64,000 nt of DNA from Podarcis cretensis (taxonomy: Eukaryota): contig OX638150.1 of NCBI GenBank assembly GCA_951804945.1, positions 67,270,001 to 67,334,000 of the forward strand. The letters are read 5' to 3'. This document shows positions 1-11,830 of this stretch, piece after piece. The notes beneath the pieces were generated by a model. The model worked only from the letters and a program-made list of their open reading frames with translations, was not told where the DNA came from and did no database searches. Every line of letters begins with the position of its first letter. Within the stretch, counting starts at the first letter, position 1. The position numbers and the translations under genes were made by a program.

Positions 1-2
1 AG

Positions 3-179
3 CTTTGCCGAGCAACATGGTTTTAAGAAGCCTAATGATGATCGCGCTCTTAACTTGATGAACAAGTCTGCACAGACAGTAATGCAAGAATTAGAGGATA
101 TTGTCATTGCCTATGGACAAAGTGATGAATACAGCTTTGTTTTCAAAAAGAAAAGCAACTGGTTTAAGAGAAGAGCAAG
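3..179 (+). CDS. THG1L: THG1L (tRNA-His guanylyltransferase 1-like) coding exon 2
   Basis: Translates [58 protein letters not shown], containing the Thg1 'YGQSDEYSF' motif. AG at 1-2, GT donor at 180-181. Exon 1 lies outside the window. Confidence 0.95.
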
Positions 180-1368
180 GTAACTGGTTTTAGAGCTTCT
201 CTCTCCTCCCATCCCAACCCAATATTTGCATATCTACTCTTCATACAATATGTTTTAAATATAACCAGTTTGTTTATATTTTATTATATAGTTATGCGGA
301 CAATAACTCATAACAATTCTGATTTGGTAAAAAATGGCAGCTTTTTAATAAGTGCTGTGTAAAGGCAAGGGGTGTACTATTTATTTTGCTTAAAATTCAT
401 TTTCATCTGAAATATAAAAATTTGACAGCTGTTGTATGCATGCAACATGCGTTGCTTTTCATAGATTTGGTAATGGCCTCCTTTCATGTTCATGCAGTAA
501 TAATTGCAGAAAACAAAAGAAATGCAACCAAATTGGGAGGTGGAAGGGTTTTGGTGGGTTCAGTTCACAAGGTAGGAGAGCAAGTAACAAGGAATGTATA
601 CAAATAAGCTTCAATTTGCACATTTTCATTGGTATAGTCTTTCCATTTGGCTTAGTAGGTGGTCATCAGCTGCTGTTATTAGCATATGATATGCTTTAAG
701 AATGACAGTATACTGCGGTTTTCATTCTATGTCATGATTTCATTGATGCAATCAGCCATCCAGTCCTGAGAGTTGACTGAGCACTATAATGTCTGATAGT
801 TCAGCCCGCAAATGGCCAAATTCATAGAATCTTCATTTTCTGTTATCCAGTTTTCATATGCATGTGATGCTCTCAACCTCCTGGACTTGGAAAATGTAGG
901 AGTGAGTCATACAGATCTGGAAAACTCTGAAACATTCAGCCATTAATGGTTTACTGTAAATGTGCCTTTTAGTCTGTTTTACTGCTTCCTGCTAGTGCTG
1001 GGAGGAAACAAACCATGATTTCTGTGTTTTAAGTTTTGTATCTGAACCAGGAATAAAGGTTTCTTTTATTCCCAAGCAAACTGAAGTATAGCCAAGGTTT
1101 ATTTTTGGCTTACTGGTTATGGTTTGTCAGAAGAGAACAAGCCATGATCCACGGGTTGGATGTAATGCTTAGCCAGGGATTGTGTTTTGTTTCCTTTGTG
1201 CACAAGCAGGGAAGAAAGAAGGTGCTCTCTTGGGCATGATCATGGTAAAGTATTAGCCATGGCTTTTGATGATGCGTGAACATAGAGTACTCAAGTGTTT
1301 ATTTATTTGTCAGTGCTGTAGTACTGATGTTATTAACTTTCACTTCCTTTTTATTTTCTGTTTACAAG

Positions 1369-1538
1369 TAAGTTCATGACTCATGTGGTCTCCCAGTTTG
1401 CCTCCAGCTACGTTTTCTATTGGAAAGATTACTTTAAGGACCAGCCTCTTTTGTATCCACCAGGATTTGATGGGCGTGTTGTGTTATATCCTAGTGACCA
1501 GAATTTAAAGGACTATCTTAGCTGGCGACAAGCTGATT
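1369..1538 (+). CDS. THG1L: THG1L coding exon 3
   Basis: (S)[59 protein letters not shown] acceptor 1366-1368 after a pyrimidine tract, GTAAG donor at 1539. Phases match neighbouring exons. Confidence 0.96.
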
Positions 1539-1582
1539 GTAAGCATCTCTTACACACATGAGAAACCTCCATCAGGTTTTTG

Positions 1583-1612
1583 TGTTTGTTTGTTTGTTTG
1601 TTTGTTTGTTTG
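1583..1612. repeat. (TTTG)n microsatellite
   Basis: Directly visible tetranucleotide run. Confidence 0.9.
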
Positions 1613-2255
1613 CATGGGTTTATGATTGTTGGTCAGTATTGCCTGTAGTTACAGAGAGTTATCCTTCAGCTGGGATATTCCAAGACTTTAGTTCTTACAC
1701 ACATAGAAAAAGTTAAAACCTTGGAGAGGATCCAATGTTATGCCACGATGGGAGAGGCATTGCTTTCATGTCTTTCCCCCCTGCATCCCAACGGCAGCAT
1801 GAGAAATGCAAACAGTGTTAATATTCAATTGTGTAGTAAGATGTGAACCCTGCTGCTGCCTTCAGAAGTGTAGTCAATGAATGTAAAAGGCGCGACAAAT
1901 AAGATGGACAATCACAGCAACCCACATTGTTGTTCTCCCTTCACTGCACACAGCAATTTACTTGCATGTTTTCTTCCACCCCACCTTCCCCCACCAATTA
2001 TCTGGCTACCTGACTGAGTAGTGTTTCCATGAAATGGATAGCAGTAGTTTTAGATTGGCTGGATGGTCTACAGAAACGCTCATGTTTGATGTGACAAAAA
2101 AACTGCATAGCAGGAAATTTTATCCACTTTAAAAACATGTCACAGGAACTGTTGGTAGGATAATAATATATAAAACACTGATAAATACTGAACCAAAATA
2201 CTAGACTTAGAAAAAAGGCATACTACTATTTTTACAATATCATATTCATATAATA

Positions 2256-2757
2256 GTTACAGGTAGGTAGCCGTGTTGGTCTGCCGTAGTGTGCATGCAC
2301 ACGAAAGCTTATACCAATGACAAACTTAAAGGTAAAGGTAAAGGTACCCCTGCCCGTACGGGCCAGTCTTGACAGACTCTGGGGTTGTGCGCCCATCTCA
2401 CTTAAGAGGCCAGGGGCCAGCGCTGTCCGGAGACACTTCCGGGTCACGTGGCCAGCGTGACATCGCTGCTCTGGCCAGAGCCAGAGCCAGAGCCAGAGCC
2501 GCACACGGAAACGCCGTTTACCTTCCCGCTGGTAAGCGGTCCCTATTTATCTACTTGCACCCGGAGGTGCTTTCGAACTGCTAGGTTGGCAGGCGCTGGG
2601 ACCGAGCAGCGGGAGCGCACCCCGCCGCAGGGATTCGAACCGCCGACCTTTCGATCGGCAAGCCCTAGGCGCTGAGGCTTTAACCCACAGCGCCACCTGC
2701 GTCCCCCCAATGACAAACTTAGTTGGTCTCTAAGGTGCTACTGGAAGGAATTTTTTT
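2256..2757. mobile_element. Short Penelope-like element (PLE) terminal-repeat fragment with inverted junction, interrupted by a SINE
   Basis: gttacaggtaggtagccgtgttggtctg... joined to gtgtgcatgcacacgaaagcttatacc...aaacttagttggtctctaaggtgctactggaaggaa resembles reptile PLE terminal repeats (recall). Flanked by direct repeat ATATTCATATAATAGT at 2242-2257 and 2758-2773. Confidence 0.65.
2329..2706 (-). mobile_element. Sauria SINE (Squam1/POM-type tRNA-derived SINE), young full-length copy 1
   Basis: Minus strand begins GGGACGCAGGTGGCGCTGTGGG (A box), has GGTTCGAATCC (B box) and ends in an (ACCTTT)n tail. 15-bp TSD CCAATGACAAACTTA at 2314-2328 and 2707-2721. Confidence 0.9.
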
Positions 2758-2864
2758 ATATTCATATAATAGTATACAAGTCCTTCAGTAACTACTGCTG
2801 TGGCAGAAAGCTTGTTCAATGTGCTTCCCAATGTAGTCTGATGTTTGTTATTTCATTCCTGCAG

Positions 2865-2953
2865 GCCACATAAATAATCTCTACAATACAGTATTTTGGA
2901 CTCTTGTGCAGAGAGGTGGCTTGACACCTGTACAAGCCCAAAAGCGACTACAG
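2865..2953 (+). CDS. THG1L: THG1L coding exon 4
   Basis: (C)[29 protein letters not shown], with the Thg1 HINNLYN motif. ttcctgcAG acceptor, GTATGA donor. Confidence 0.96.
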
Positions 2954-3120
2954 GTATGAAAGTCTTCTTTCAAGATTATGCTAAGTAGTATGTTCACTCA
3001 TGCTTGAGGTTTTATTGCCAGCATCATGTGCAGACATTCAAATTACACAAGTGTTATGGGCAATGAGAATTGGGAGTATGGATGAGGTTGAAGGGGTTTG
3101 TAAGTGACACATCATAGTGC

Positions 3121-3124
<4 letters not shown>

Positions 3125-3193
<69 letters not shown>
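3125..3193. repeat. Compound (TG)n(AG)n microsatellite
   Basis: Directly visible. Confidence 0.95.
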
Positions 3194-3197
<4 letters not shown>

Positions 3198-3202
3198 GGT
3201 TA

Positions 3203-3435
3203 CCTGGCGGCCAGATGCAGCCCAATCATCTTCTCAATCCAGCCCACAGACAGTCTGGGAATCAGTGTGTTTTTACATGAGTAGAATGTGTCATTTTATT
3301 TAAAATGCATCTCTGGGTTATTTGTGGAGCATAGGAATTCGTTCATTCCCCCACCCCCACAAACATCGTTCGGCTCACCACATGGTCTGAGGGACGGTGG
3401 ACCGACCCATGGCTGAAAAAGGTTGCTGACCCCTG
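3203..3435. mobile_element. hAT-type non-autonomous DNA transposon fragment (left end missing)
   Basis: Ends in aaaaaggttgctgacccctg, a hAT-Charlie-like TIR (CAGGGGTCAGCAA). Internal ggcc..atgcagccc motif is typical of such MITEs. No intact left TIR. Confidence 0.6.
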
Positions 3436-3712
3436 GGTTAGATCTTTTTTTTAACTATATCCAATAGCTTTATCTTCCTATCTCCATATTAGTATGAATA
3501 TAACACTTGTCAAAGTTTAAAAACCAGGTGGAACAAATAAGGATTAACTGTTTGTCTAAATTCAAGCTGAAAAGGGGGCTAGTGGGTTTTGTATACTCCA
3601 TCCTGTCTCCAAATACAGTGCTCAGATCCAGATGGAGAGGAGTCAGTGTTTTCATATGCCTGTGTGGTGGTGTTTTTATAAGAAAAAATACATATTTTCT
3701 CTTTATCCTTAG

Positions 3713-3820
3713 GGAACAGTTGCAAGTGACAAGAATGAGATTTTATTTTCTCAGTTCAGCATTAACTACAATAACGAATCATTGTTGTACAGAAAAGGAA
3801 CTGTGCTACTGTGGCAAAAG
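3713..3820 (+). CDS. THG1L: THG1L coding exon 5
   Basis: [36 protein letters not shown]. ccttAG acceptor, GTAATA donor, 108 bp phase 0-0. Confidence 0.96.
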
Positions 3821-4225
3821 GTAATATAATTTTGACAGATACCTATTTGTGTGTAATGCATTTTACAAACTGTTATACAAAATACTTACCGTACTTGGGA
3901 GGTAAGTGGTTTTTGACAGTCATATGTGTGCTGATTTTCCAGGTGTGTCTGCTTTTATAACATTATCACTGTTTAAGACTTAAGCCTAGAAATGTTCTGG
4001 TCTTAAGTGAAAAGGATAATTCCTCTGGTAACTTCATTCCTCAAATTTTAAGTAGTGAAGGTTCAATAGGAGCACATCTGCCACTGAAAGACCAGAACTT
4101 TACTAGTGATGATTCTAATTTGAGAGTTGTCTCATATTATAGTTAAAAAAGAAATGAAACTGGAATTGCCTTCTAGCCTACTTCAGTTCTGCGATTCTAC
4201 ATTAATCTGTCACCTGTCTTTATAG

Positions 4226-4387
4226 GTAAATCAAGCCATTAAAAAGAAAATTAAAATTCCAGAGGAAACGGAAGAGAAGGAAGTTGAAGTGACCCGGCCA
4301 AGGACTACAGTAGTTGCTTTGCACTGTGATATCATTGGGGATCAGTTTTGGGACCAGTATCCTGAAATCCTAGCTGATGATAGCTGA
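4226..4387 (+). CDS. THG1L: THG1L last coding exon (stop TGA 4385-4387)
   Basis: VNQAIKKKIKIPEETEEKEVEVTRPRTTVVALHCDIIGDQFWDQYPEILADDS*, matching the THG1L C-terminal LHCDIIG..FW...PEIL pattern. tttatAG acceptor. Confidence 0.95.
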   Translation, partial: VNQAIKKKIKIPEETEEKEVEVTRPRTTVVALHCDIIGDQFWDQYPEILADDS

Positions 4388-4999
4388 CATTTGCCATCTG
4401 GATGTTGGTGTGAAATACTCCATACAGTTTACTCCTGCAAGGACTATGGGAGACGGATAGGTGACTGGCCCAGAATGGATATTTCAGTAAAGTTGTGTGG
4501 TGCACTTAAGAAGCCATGTAGTGCTTGTATTCATTTTTCTAGTTTCATAGATGTGTGTGTTTTCCCATCAAAATCATGAGGTGCCTTACAATAATATCAT
4601 TGTCAGGTTGATAAACTTTTTACTTGAAAAGGAATGCCTTTAATTTAGGCTATGGCCCTCAAAGGCACTCTACTGGTACAAGTCCCATGAGATTTTGAGC
4701 TGCCCATTTAAAACTGAAAACATTTAAACTCCTGGTTCAAATTAAGTTCTATCATCAGGGAGCCAAGTTACAAATTATCCTAGTTGCTAATGTCTCTGGA
4801 TTATATGAGTGATAAACAAAATACCCTAGCAAATGGCTGAAACTAATTAGGAAGCCTTCTCTCAAGTGTAAATTAGTTATGGCTTTTTTGAAAGCTATGG
4901 AAACATAATTTCCCTCCGTAATCATACATTTATTGTTTGGACTCTCTCCTTGCTGCTTTACTGATTATTAGAGAAGGTCTCGGGTGACCAAACTGGAAT

Positions 5000-5526
5000 A
5001 ATAAACTTATTGAATAAGGGGGGGCATCACAACAGGATATGTTTGTAGGTCATGCTCTCAATTTTCTGCTGCCTGGGAAACTATCCAGTTCCTGCTGTTG
5101 AGGATTGTGGCAATCAACTTACTGGAAGTTCTTTACTCTTCAAAAAAAAGTTTGTGTTGCGCTTCTGTATTCTTTGTGCCAGACCTGTGAAGTAATAAGA
5201 CCTGTTCCGGGGTGGGAGGAAGATGGTGTGTATGTGATACTTTCTCTGACTATGCAGAGATTGGAATGATACATGCTGGGAGATAATGACAAAAGGGTTT
5301 TATGTGGAATATTTTGTTAATGTCATTCCATTCTTCACTCTCTGCCTTTCCTGCATTATCTTTTAAAGAAGACAAGGTCCCTTAAAGCCTCTTTGAAAAA
5401 AGATAACAATAATCAACCAATTTATCTAAAATGGTGGACATCTTCATTGCTATAGTTAGGTTAATCATTAAGAAAAACAACCTTCTAAGCAATATGTGTT
5501 TAAATTATTGCTGTCATGTTAATAAA
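5000..5526 (+). terminator. Candidate THG1L polyadenylation signals (AATAAA at 5000-5005 and 5521-5526)
   Basis: Canonical hexamers downstream of the THG1L stop; which is used cannot be determined from sequence. Confidence 0.4.
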
Positions 5527-6049
5527 ATTTTGCATTGATTTATGGAATAATTCTCTTGTATAGTTCAGGAATCATGTAAGTCAATTCTCTATCACTGGTG
5601 CACTCTGCTACCTTTCATACATACAAATATCCTCACAAACATGCAAATAGATCTTTGACTTGAAGGCTTCCATGTTCGACTTTCTCTCCATCATGGTGGG
5701 CAGAGTATCTACTAGCAGAAATCTGGGTGGTTTGATCAAGGAAATCCAACTCCCAATTAATGTATACAGCAATAACCTTCCCCTAATTCACTAATTTAGA
5801 AAGCTGAAATGAAGAGAGCTTGAGGTACTCAGGAACAGATTTGAGTGAAGGACCTGAAGCTCAGCTGAGTTCTGGTGCTCCTACTGTACTCAGTAGCTAT
5901 GCAGAGGCAACCTGTCCTTTAATTCTAATGTATAAATTTTGTACTGTACTCCATTTGGTTGATTGCAGGGTACTAGTAAAACACAAAGTAGCTTCCACAA
6001 TCCTGTAGTATGCTCTCCTCTGCTCCAAATCAATCAACAAATGTTTGGC

Positions 6050-6633
6050 TGTCACGAAGCATGCCCATCAATAAATCACAGTTCAACACTGATGTTAACT
6101 CTTTACTAGAGAAATAAGATCTTCATAGACCTGGCTGGGTTTCAGTCCTAATGAGCACAGCAGCTCATGCCCTGAATCAGTTGCTGAGACTAAAAATCCC
6201 TATCTCTCCCCAGCTGTCTGTCTCCTCCTCTCTGGCTTCTTGCAAGCAATTGGAGACTGTGTCTGCGTGCAGCCTATCTTTGCTCCACCTGTTTTATCCC
6301 TCTCCTGGTTCTGGTAGTATGGAGCTTGCTGCAGCAGGAGGGAGAGGCACCTGTGACTCTTCACTAGCTTGACTCACCTCTGCCTCTTGACCTCCCTCCT
6401 CCCACTTGCCTGCTTCAGCTTCTGCCTCTAATTCTTGACTTCTCTCTGCCAGACTCTCCCAGCTCACTGAGCTTTGTTACCCCATCAGCTTCTGACTCCT
6501 CGTCTTCATAGTCTCTCCTCCTCCATGACCACTTTCCATCCCACCACCACTGCCTAGGTTTTGACCCTTCTTCCCTTGGTGGTTGCCTGGCTGGTTCCTC
6601 CCACCATTCATATTGTGTCCAACCAACCAATCA
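6050..6633 (-). mobile_element. Probable solo LTR / LTR-like interspersed repeat
   Basis: Starts TGTCA on + (..TGACA end on -). Purine-rich minus strand with an AGTAAA polyA-like signal near its 3' end, and a sharp compositional block of ~585 bp. No clean TSD seen. Confidence 0.45.
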
Positions 6634-7189
6634 TCATTTTATTTGTATGCTGCCTTTCCACAGTTAAAACAATGCTCAAAGCAGCTTACAATATGAAAAG
6701 ATTTACATAATTACAAACATAGCAAAGTTGTCATAAAAATAAATGAAATACTGGCTGAGGTTTCAGTGTGGTATTGGGACTCATGACCTGCACTGGTCAA
6801 GGATCCTGTGTGAACAAGTATTTTATTTCCTTTTCTTAGTTTTATATGCCACCTTTCTTACATCACAGAACTCAGGGTGGTGTATGTTTGATTCCCTGAG
6901 GGTCTGCTTAGCTTCGAATCGACCCTTTTATTTAAAAAATGAAATGAAATAATGATTTAAAAATAGAAAACGTAGGTGTTAAATACCTGCTATTCTTAAC
7001 ATACCATATACACTTTTAAATGCCAGGAGTGGGTGTGCCAGATGGCTCCCTGAATTTTGTCAATCTCTTGACTATGAATTATATAGAAGAGGTCTCATTG
7101 TTTTCCACCTCTGCAAACAGAATGGTTGCTATAAGCGACAAAAGAGTATGCTGTAGCTAGCTCGTGTTTAAGATTATTTCATATGAACT

Positions 7190-8300
7190 TGGTTAGGCGC
7201 CACCCTGAAATCCCGCTACTCTTGAGCAGCAACGCCGCGTTCGAAGTGCGATTTTCCGCTTCTGGGCACTTCATTTGGGCTCACTGCGGATTCTAAGAAA
7301 TGTTAGCGCAATTTTCCTTCGCACGACGTAAGACTTTCTTGCCATATATTATTGCATAGGCATTAAACGCCACTTCTGAGGAAGATCTGCAGAGAGAACC
7401 GTGCAAATCCGGCCAGCCAATGCAGCTTTTCTACGGGAACTCTGGACAGTGCAGGAAGTATTAAACGCGCGACGGGGTGTCGGGCGTTATTTCGGATTAA
7501 CTAACGCCGAGTAAGGAGGGAGAAGCGAGGGAATAATGTTGCCTGCGTCGGCCAGCGCGGTGGGGGACAAGCGGCAACCGGCTGCAGCTACGACTTCCTA
7601 GGGCAGCCGATGGGTGAAAAGCCCAAAGGCGGTCGCCAGCCCCAGCGCAGGTGCTGGGAATCTCGCTCCTGGCTGTCTTCCGAGAGCGCCAAGCGGCGCT
7701 AAGAAAGGCGGGAAGACGCCTGCGGTGCTGGGGCGGCCCTTAGCGGCGAGAGCGAGGAGCTGCGGGCGGATCCCTTCCCCGCAGGGCCAGGGAGTCATGG
7801 AGGAGGCGGAGGAGGCCGGCGCAGGGCCCAGGCGCCGGCGCCGCAGCAGCTCGGAGCGCTCGCCCAGCCCCGGGCGCCTGGACGTGAGTTCGCCACGCTT
7901 CGACCCTCTGCTGGCGCTCTACTCGGAGCGCACGCCGCTGCCTTACCCGGCCGCGCCGCACTTCAACAACCTGGCCGAGTACGAGAGCTTCCAGCGCGGC
8001 CTGCTCCGCGCTCCGGGACGTCAGCGAGGGGCCGCCGGCCGCGGCAGCCGCCCAGCGGGGACCCGCGCCCGGAGCCGAGGCGCCCGGGCCCCCGCCGACC
8101 CCGAGCGCATCCAGCGTCTCCGCAGCCTCATGGTGGCCAAGGAGCCCGAGCGAGAAGAGGCCGAGCGGGCCAGGCAGCAGCGGGGCAGGAGGGCGCCTCG
8201 CAACGTGCTCACCAGGATGCCCGGTAAGGGGAGCTGGGCTGGCTTCTTTCTGAAGAGGAGCATATGCTGTGAACTTCTAGAAGTCGTTGGTCGGCAAGGG
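7190..8300 (+). promoter_or_regulatory. CpG island / promoter and first exon of LSM11
   Basis: Abrupt rise in GC and CpG density against an AT-rich, CpG-poor background, spanning the LSM11 start codon. CCAAT near 7417. Confidence 0.85.
7797..8223 (+). CDS. LSM11: LSM11 (U7 snRNA-associated Sm-like protein) coding exon 1
   Basis: gtcATGG start. MEEAEE...[22 protein letters not shown]...[17 protein letters not shown]...[12 protein letters not shown]...[12 protein letters not shown] matches the LSM11 N-terminal conserved blocks. GTAAG donor at 8224. Confidence 0.95.
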
Positions 8301-9234
8301 AGGGAAAGGCACTCTGCGTATGCTCAGAGACAGCCCTTTCTTATGACTGGAAAAGGCATTCCGGGGATGGAGCCTCGACGTTGAAAATGGGTCACTGGCT
8401 GGTAGCATTTCACAGGTTTATGGATGTGACAAGTACACCCGCCTGTGGCCCATGTGCACTGTGGTGCACCACGTCCCCCATGTGTTGGCTTGGCTTAGAC
8501 CCACGTGTGTACGTGTTGCATGGTCTTGGCACAAGCACTGTGTACATACAGGCAAAACCGCAGAAATAAAAATCTGCATAGCACGCTGATTTCTTTATGT
8601 GTTAGTTGGCACTAGCCTGTGCTGCTATAGCAGTGTTTAAAAAGACACCATTTGGTGTTGTGAAACATACGTTTTAAAACACATGTGCATTCTGGAGTTC
8701 TGGCTGGGTATTTGTTGTTGTTGTGATTATTTTCTTATTAAATTCATTGGTTGCTTTTTTAGGCAGAGTAACTCAAAACGACCTGCAATATATGAAAGAC
8801 CACCTGCATTGAAACTAGCCGAAAAGGGGGGGGGGCGTCCTAAAAGACATTGCTATTTTCAAAAGGCACGATTAAAACTCCATCTATGTGAGGCCATAGA
8901 TAATTGAGAGCCGAAAGCATGGTTGTTGTTTTTTTAAAAAAAAAAAGTTTGTGGCTTCATTGTGGGAAGAATGTGTTTTCTTGATTTGGGTGTGTGTAGG
9001 CTGTAGAGAGGGGGTGAAGTGTTTGGAGTGATAAAAATATGATATATTTTGAGGCAAGAGATCATGGGTGTGGGCAAGAGGGAGAACTGAATAAAGAGGG
9101 AGTTCTGGAGAAGCTCTGCAGTGTGTGGGAAGGTAGGTGCTTTGATAAGAGATTAAGGTGTAAAAACACGTTAAGATTATTGGTGTAAGGAAATAGGACC
9201 TCTTGGTCTGATGTGGAATTTACTTGCTCATATA

Positions 9235-9425
9235 CTACATTTATATCCTGCCTTTCCTCTGAGGATCACAAGATGGTGCATGTGGCTGTACTCCCTATTT
9301 AATTCTTGAAACAACCCTGAGAGAAACAACCCTGGGCCAAGGTCATGCAGGGAGCCTCATGGCTGAAGGGGAATATGAACCTGGATCCCCTCAAACAGTG
9401 TAACCACCACACCATGCTGGCTTAA
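9235..9425 (-). mobile_element. Degenerate MIR/CORE-type SINE
   Basis: acaaccctg...ggccaaggtca...catggctga...tgaacctggatc is the reverse-strand CORE-SINE pattern. Confidence 0.55.
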
Positions 9426-9719
9426 ATGTAATTGACATTAGGTTGATCGAAAATGGGTCATAAATGTTGTTCATAACTGGACGTGTGGACATTTAGTTCA
9501 GTATATTCCCTCAGGCTGAGTAACAACACGCAAAGAACATTTTGAAATACGTGTCTGCATAACCGTGTTGTTGAGTAACAAGGATGAGAGAACTTTCCAT
9601 GGCGTTGGGGAACTCTCTGGCCAGAACAGTTGCTAAGGTATTGGGATGCATGAAATGTTGAGGTGTATTGCCTTAGGGATGTTGTCCATGGTGGATATTA
9701 GGCCTGGTACTGGTCAGAG

Positions 9720-10060
9720 CAGGGATGGAAAGCTCAGGTCCAGGGGCCTATAAGGCCCCTAGACCTTTCTGCCTGGCCCTCTGGGCTCTCCCCAGATACA
9801 CCCCTCAATAGCTCTGGTTCACATCCTCCTTGGGTGTTTTTCATTGGTTTGGCTGTGTTGTTGAACTTCTATAATGCCTCCTGCTTGCCTGGGTGTAAGA
9901 GAGAGAAGGGTGTGTTGTATAGCACAAAGGTAATACTCAGATTCATTGCTCCACCCACTTTTGCATCGGGCCCCAACTACTGCTGGCAGGTGGCCCCCAG
10001 GAGGTTGCCTACTGGACAGGTTGATTTAGACATCAAAGGTCAGGTACTCTGTTCAGTTGC
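9720..10060. mobile_element. Degenerate hAT-like MITE
   Basis: Starts cagggatggaaagct..ggtcc; internal ggccc-rich motifs typical of hAT-Charlie MITEs. Ends are eroded. Confidence 0.35.
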
Positions 10061-11830
10061 AAAGCAAGAGTGAATGCATCCTAAGGGCCTCAGCTCAGAG
10101 ACAGCATGAAGTGAAGACACAATTCTCCTGCCGGGAGATGTAACCAATCAGGTACTTTCTGCAGCTTGCTGTGCCCCCATAGCAAACACATGTTTTTTCC
10201 CACATTCTGTGGCTTGACATGTATAATACAAAGCAGAAGCCCTGCATTTGGTGGCAGACAGGGGGTCTGTTGAGGTCACTTTTATCCCTCACTCCTCTTG
10301 CTTATTTTCTACTTACAGTATCGATTCAAGGAGAGACTAGCCTTTGAGGAAAGGCTCTTTTGCTTCTGAAAAATGCCACTGTCCTAGATAAAACAACAAT
10401 ATGTCCCGCTAGTTATAACAATGGTATGTCCTTTACATTGTTATAATCAAGGTTCTTAACTATCCGTCCTAGGGTTATAAATATAGTGCAGCGACTCGTG
10501 ATAACATGATGATAGGCAAGTGAATCACAGCTTGAAGTGTGATGATGATTGTTCTGAGATTATGCACGAAATCCTTTTGCAAAACTCCCACTTATTTCAG
10601 TGGGATCGTGATTTCCATTGTGGTTTGGAATACCTGTACCGAGAGCCAGAAGACTGTCAGAAATAAAGTTTACATGCATCTTAATACAGTAATTAGATCT
10701 CAAGTCTTAATTGAACAAGTACAGTGTTGTTTGTTATTGATGCGATGAGTTTCCATTTTTCAGGCTAAAGAGTTGAAAAGGTTGACTAGTTAATTTCACT
10801 TAAATAGCAAATAGATGGTATTCCTAACCAAATGTAAAGTGATAACTATGTTCACTGCTTTGGGAACCTTAGGGCCAAAAAGCAGTATATAGGGTTGTAT
10901 GCAGTTGTGTTCCTCCACACACAGAAGGCTTGTTGCTCCAGCAGAGAGACTTTGTGAACGGAGAGCGGAGTTTTTTCAAGTTGTTATTTTATCCTGTCTC
11001 AGGCATACAGCCTATTCCACCCCCCCCCCCAAAGACACTTTACAACAGTCTAATGTAGTTTGGCCTTAAATTACAAATTTCCATTGTCTTTAAGGTTTTC
11101 TTACATGCTGACTTGGTATGTGGCCCAGATGTTGTTGTACCATAAAACCTCTAATCTTCTTTCCTGACTGACTTTGGCTTGCTAGCCACTTGCTTATAAA
11201 GTAGATGGTTTTAGGAACAAATATGTGTTCTGTTTCCATATCCAACAAGTAAATAATAAACTGAGCATATATAACCATGGGCAGCAGCATTCATTGACCA
11301 CATTCTGTCTACATTGGCCTTCTATAGCTGTTTGAGTGGAGCATCTGCCCAAGCTTTTCAACGTACAAGATAGGTTTACCTGTAGTGTTCAGGCCAGTTT
11401 TTGTTACAGCAATCTACTATTGGGTCACTGAATTGCTATCCATGCAGAGCTTATTTTATGCAGACTTAACTCATTGATGTCCACGGATCTAGCCATGCTA
11501 TTTAAAGGACGTGTTACTTCTTTATTTTGCTTTTGTTTTCTCCAGTATGATTGGCGATAGATACATATAGGTTGTTTGGTACAGGCAATCCTTCCTAGCC
11601 AGAAAATACATGTGCCCCTTTTCTGAAAATCATATTTAATTTTGTTGATTACTGATAAAAAACCCAGTAATCAGTTGATTACTAATTTAAAAAAGGATTT
11701 ACCAAGAAAGTACCAAGATTAGTTGTAGCTTCTTAAACTCAGACTATAGAATATCACAGAATTCTTGTATTCAGCCTCTTTCTGATCCTTCGTTAAGCTG
11801 CAAAGTCTGATTTGGATTCATTGATTCTGT

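Noticed and set aside
2630-2706. tRNA-like A/B boxes (also at 31480-31555 and 62745-62810)
   Set aside because: These are SINE heads, not tRNA genes: they are followed by SINE bodies and tails and show no full cloverleaf.
7614-8384. 256-aa single-exon ORF
   Set aside because: It is LSM11 exon 1 with upstream GC-rich sequence and read-through past the GT donor at 8224.
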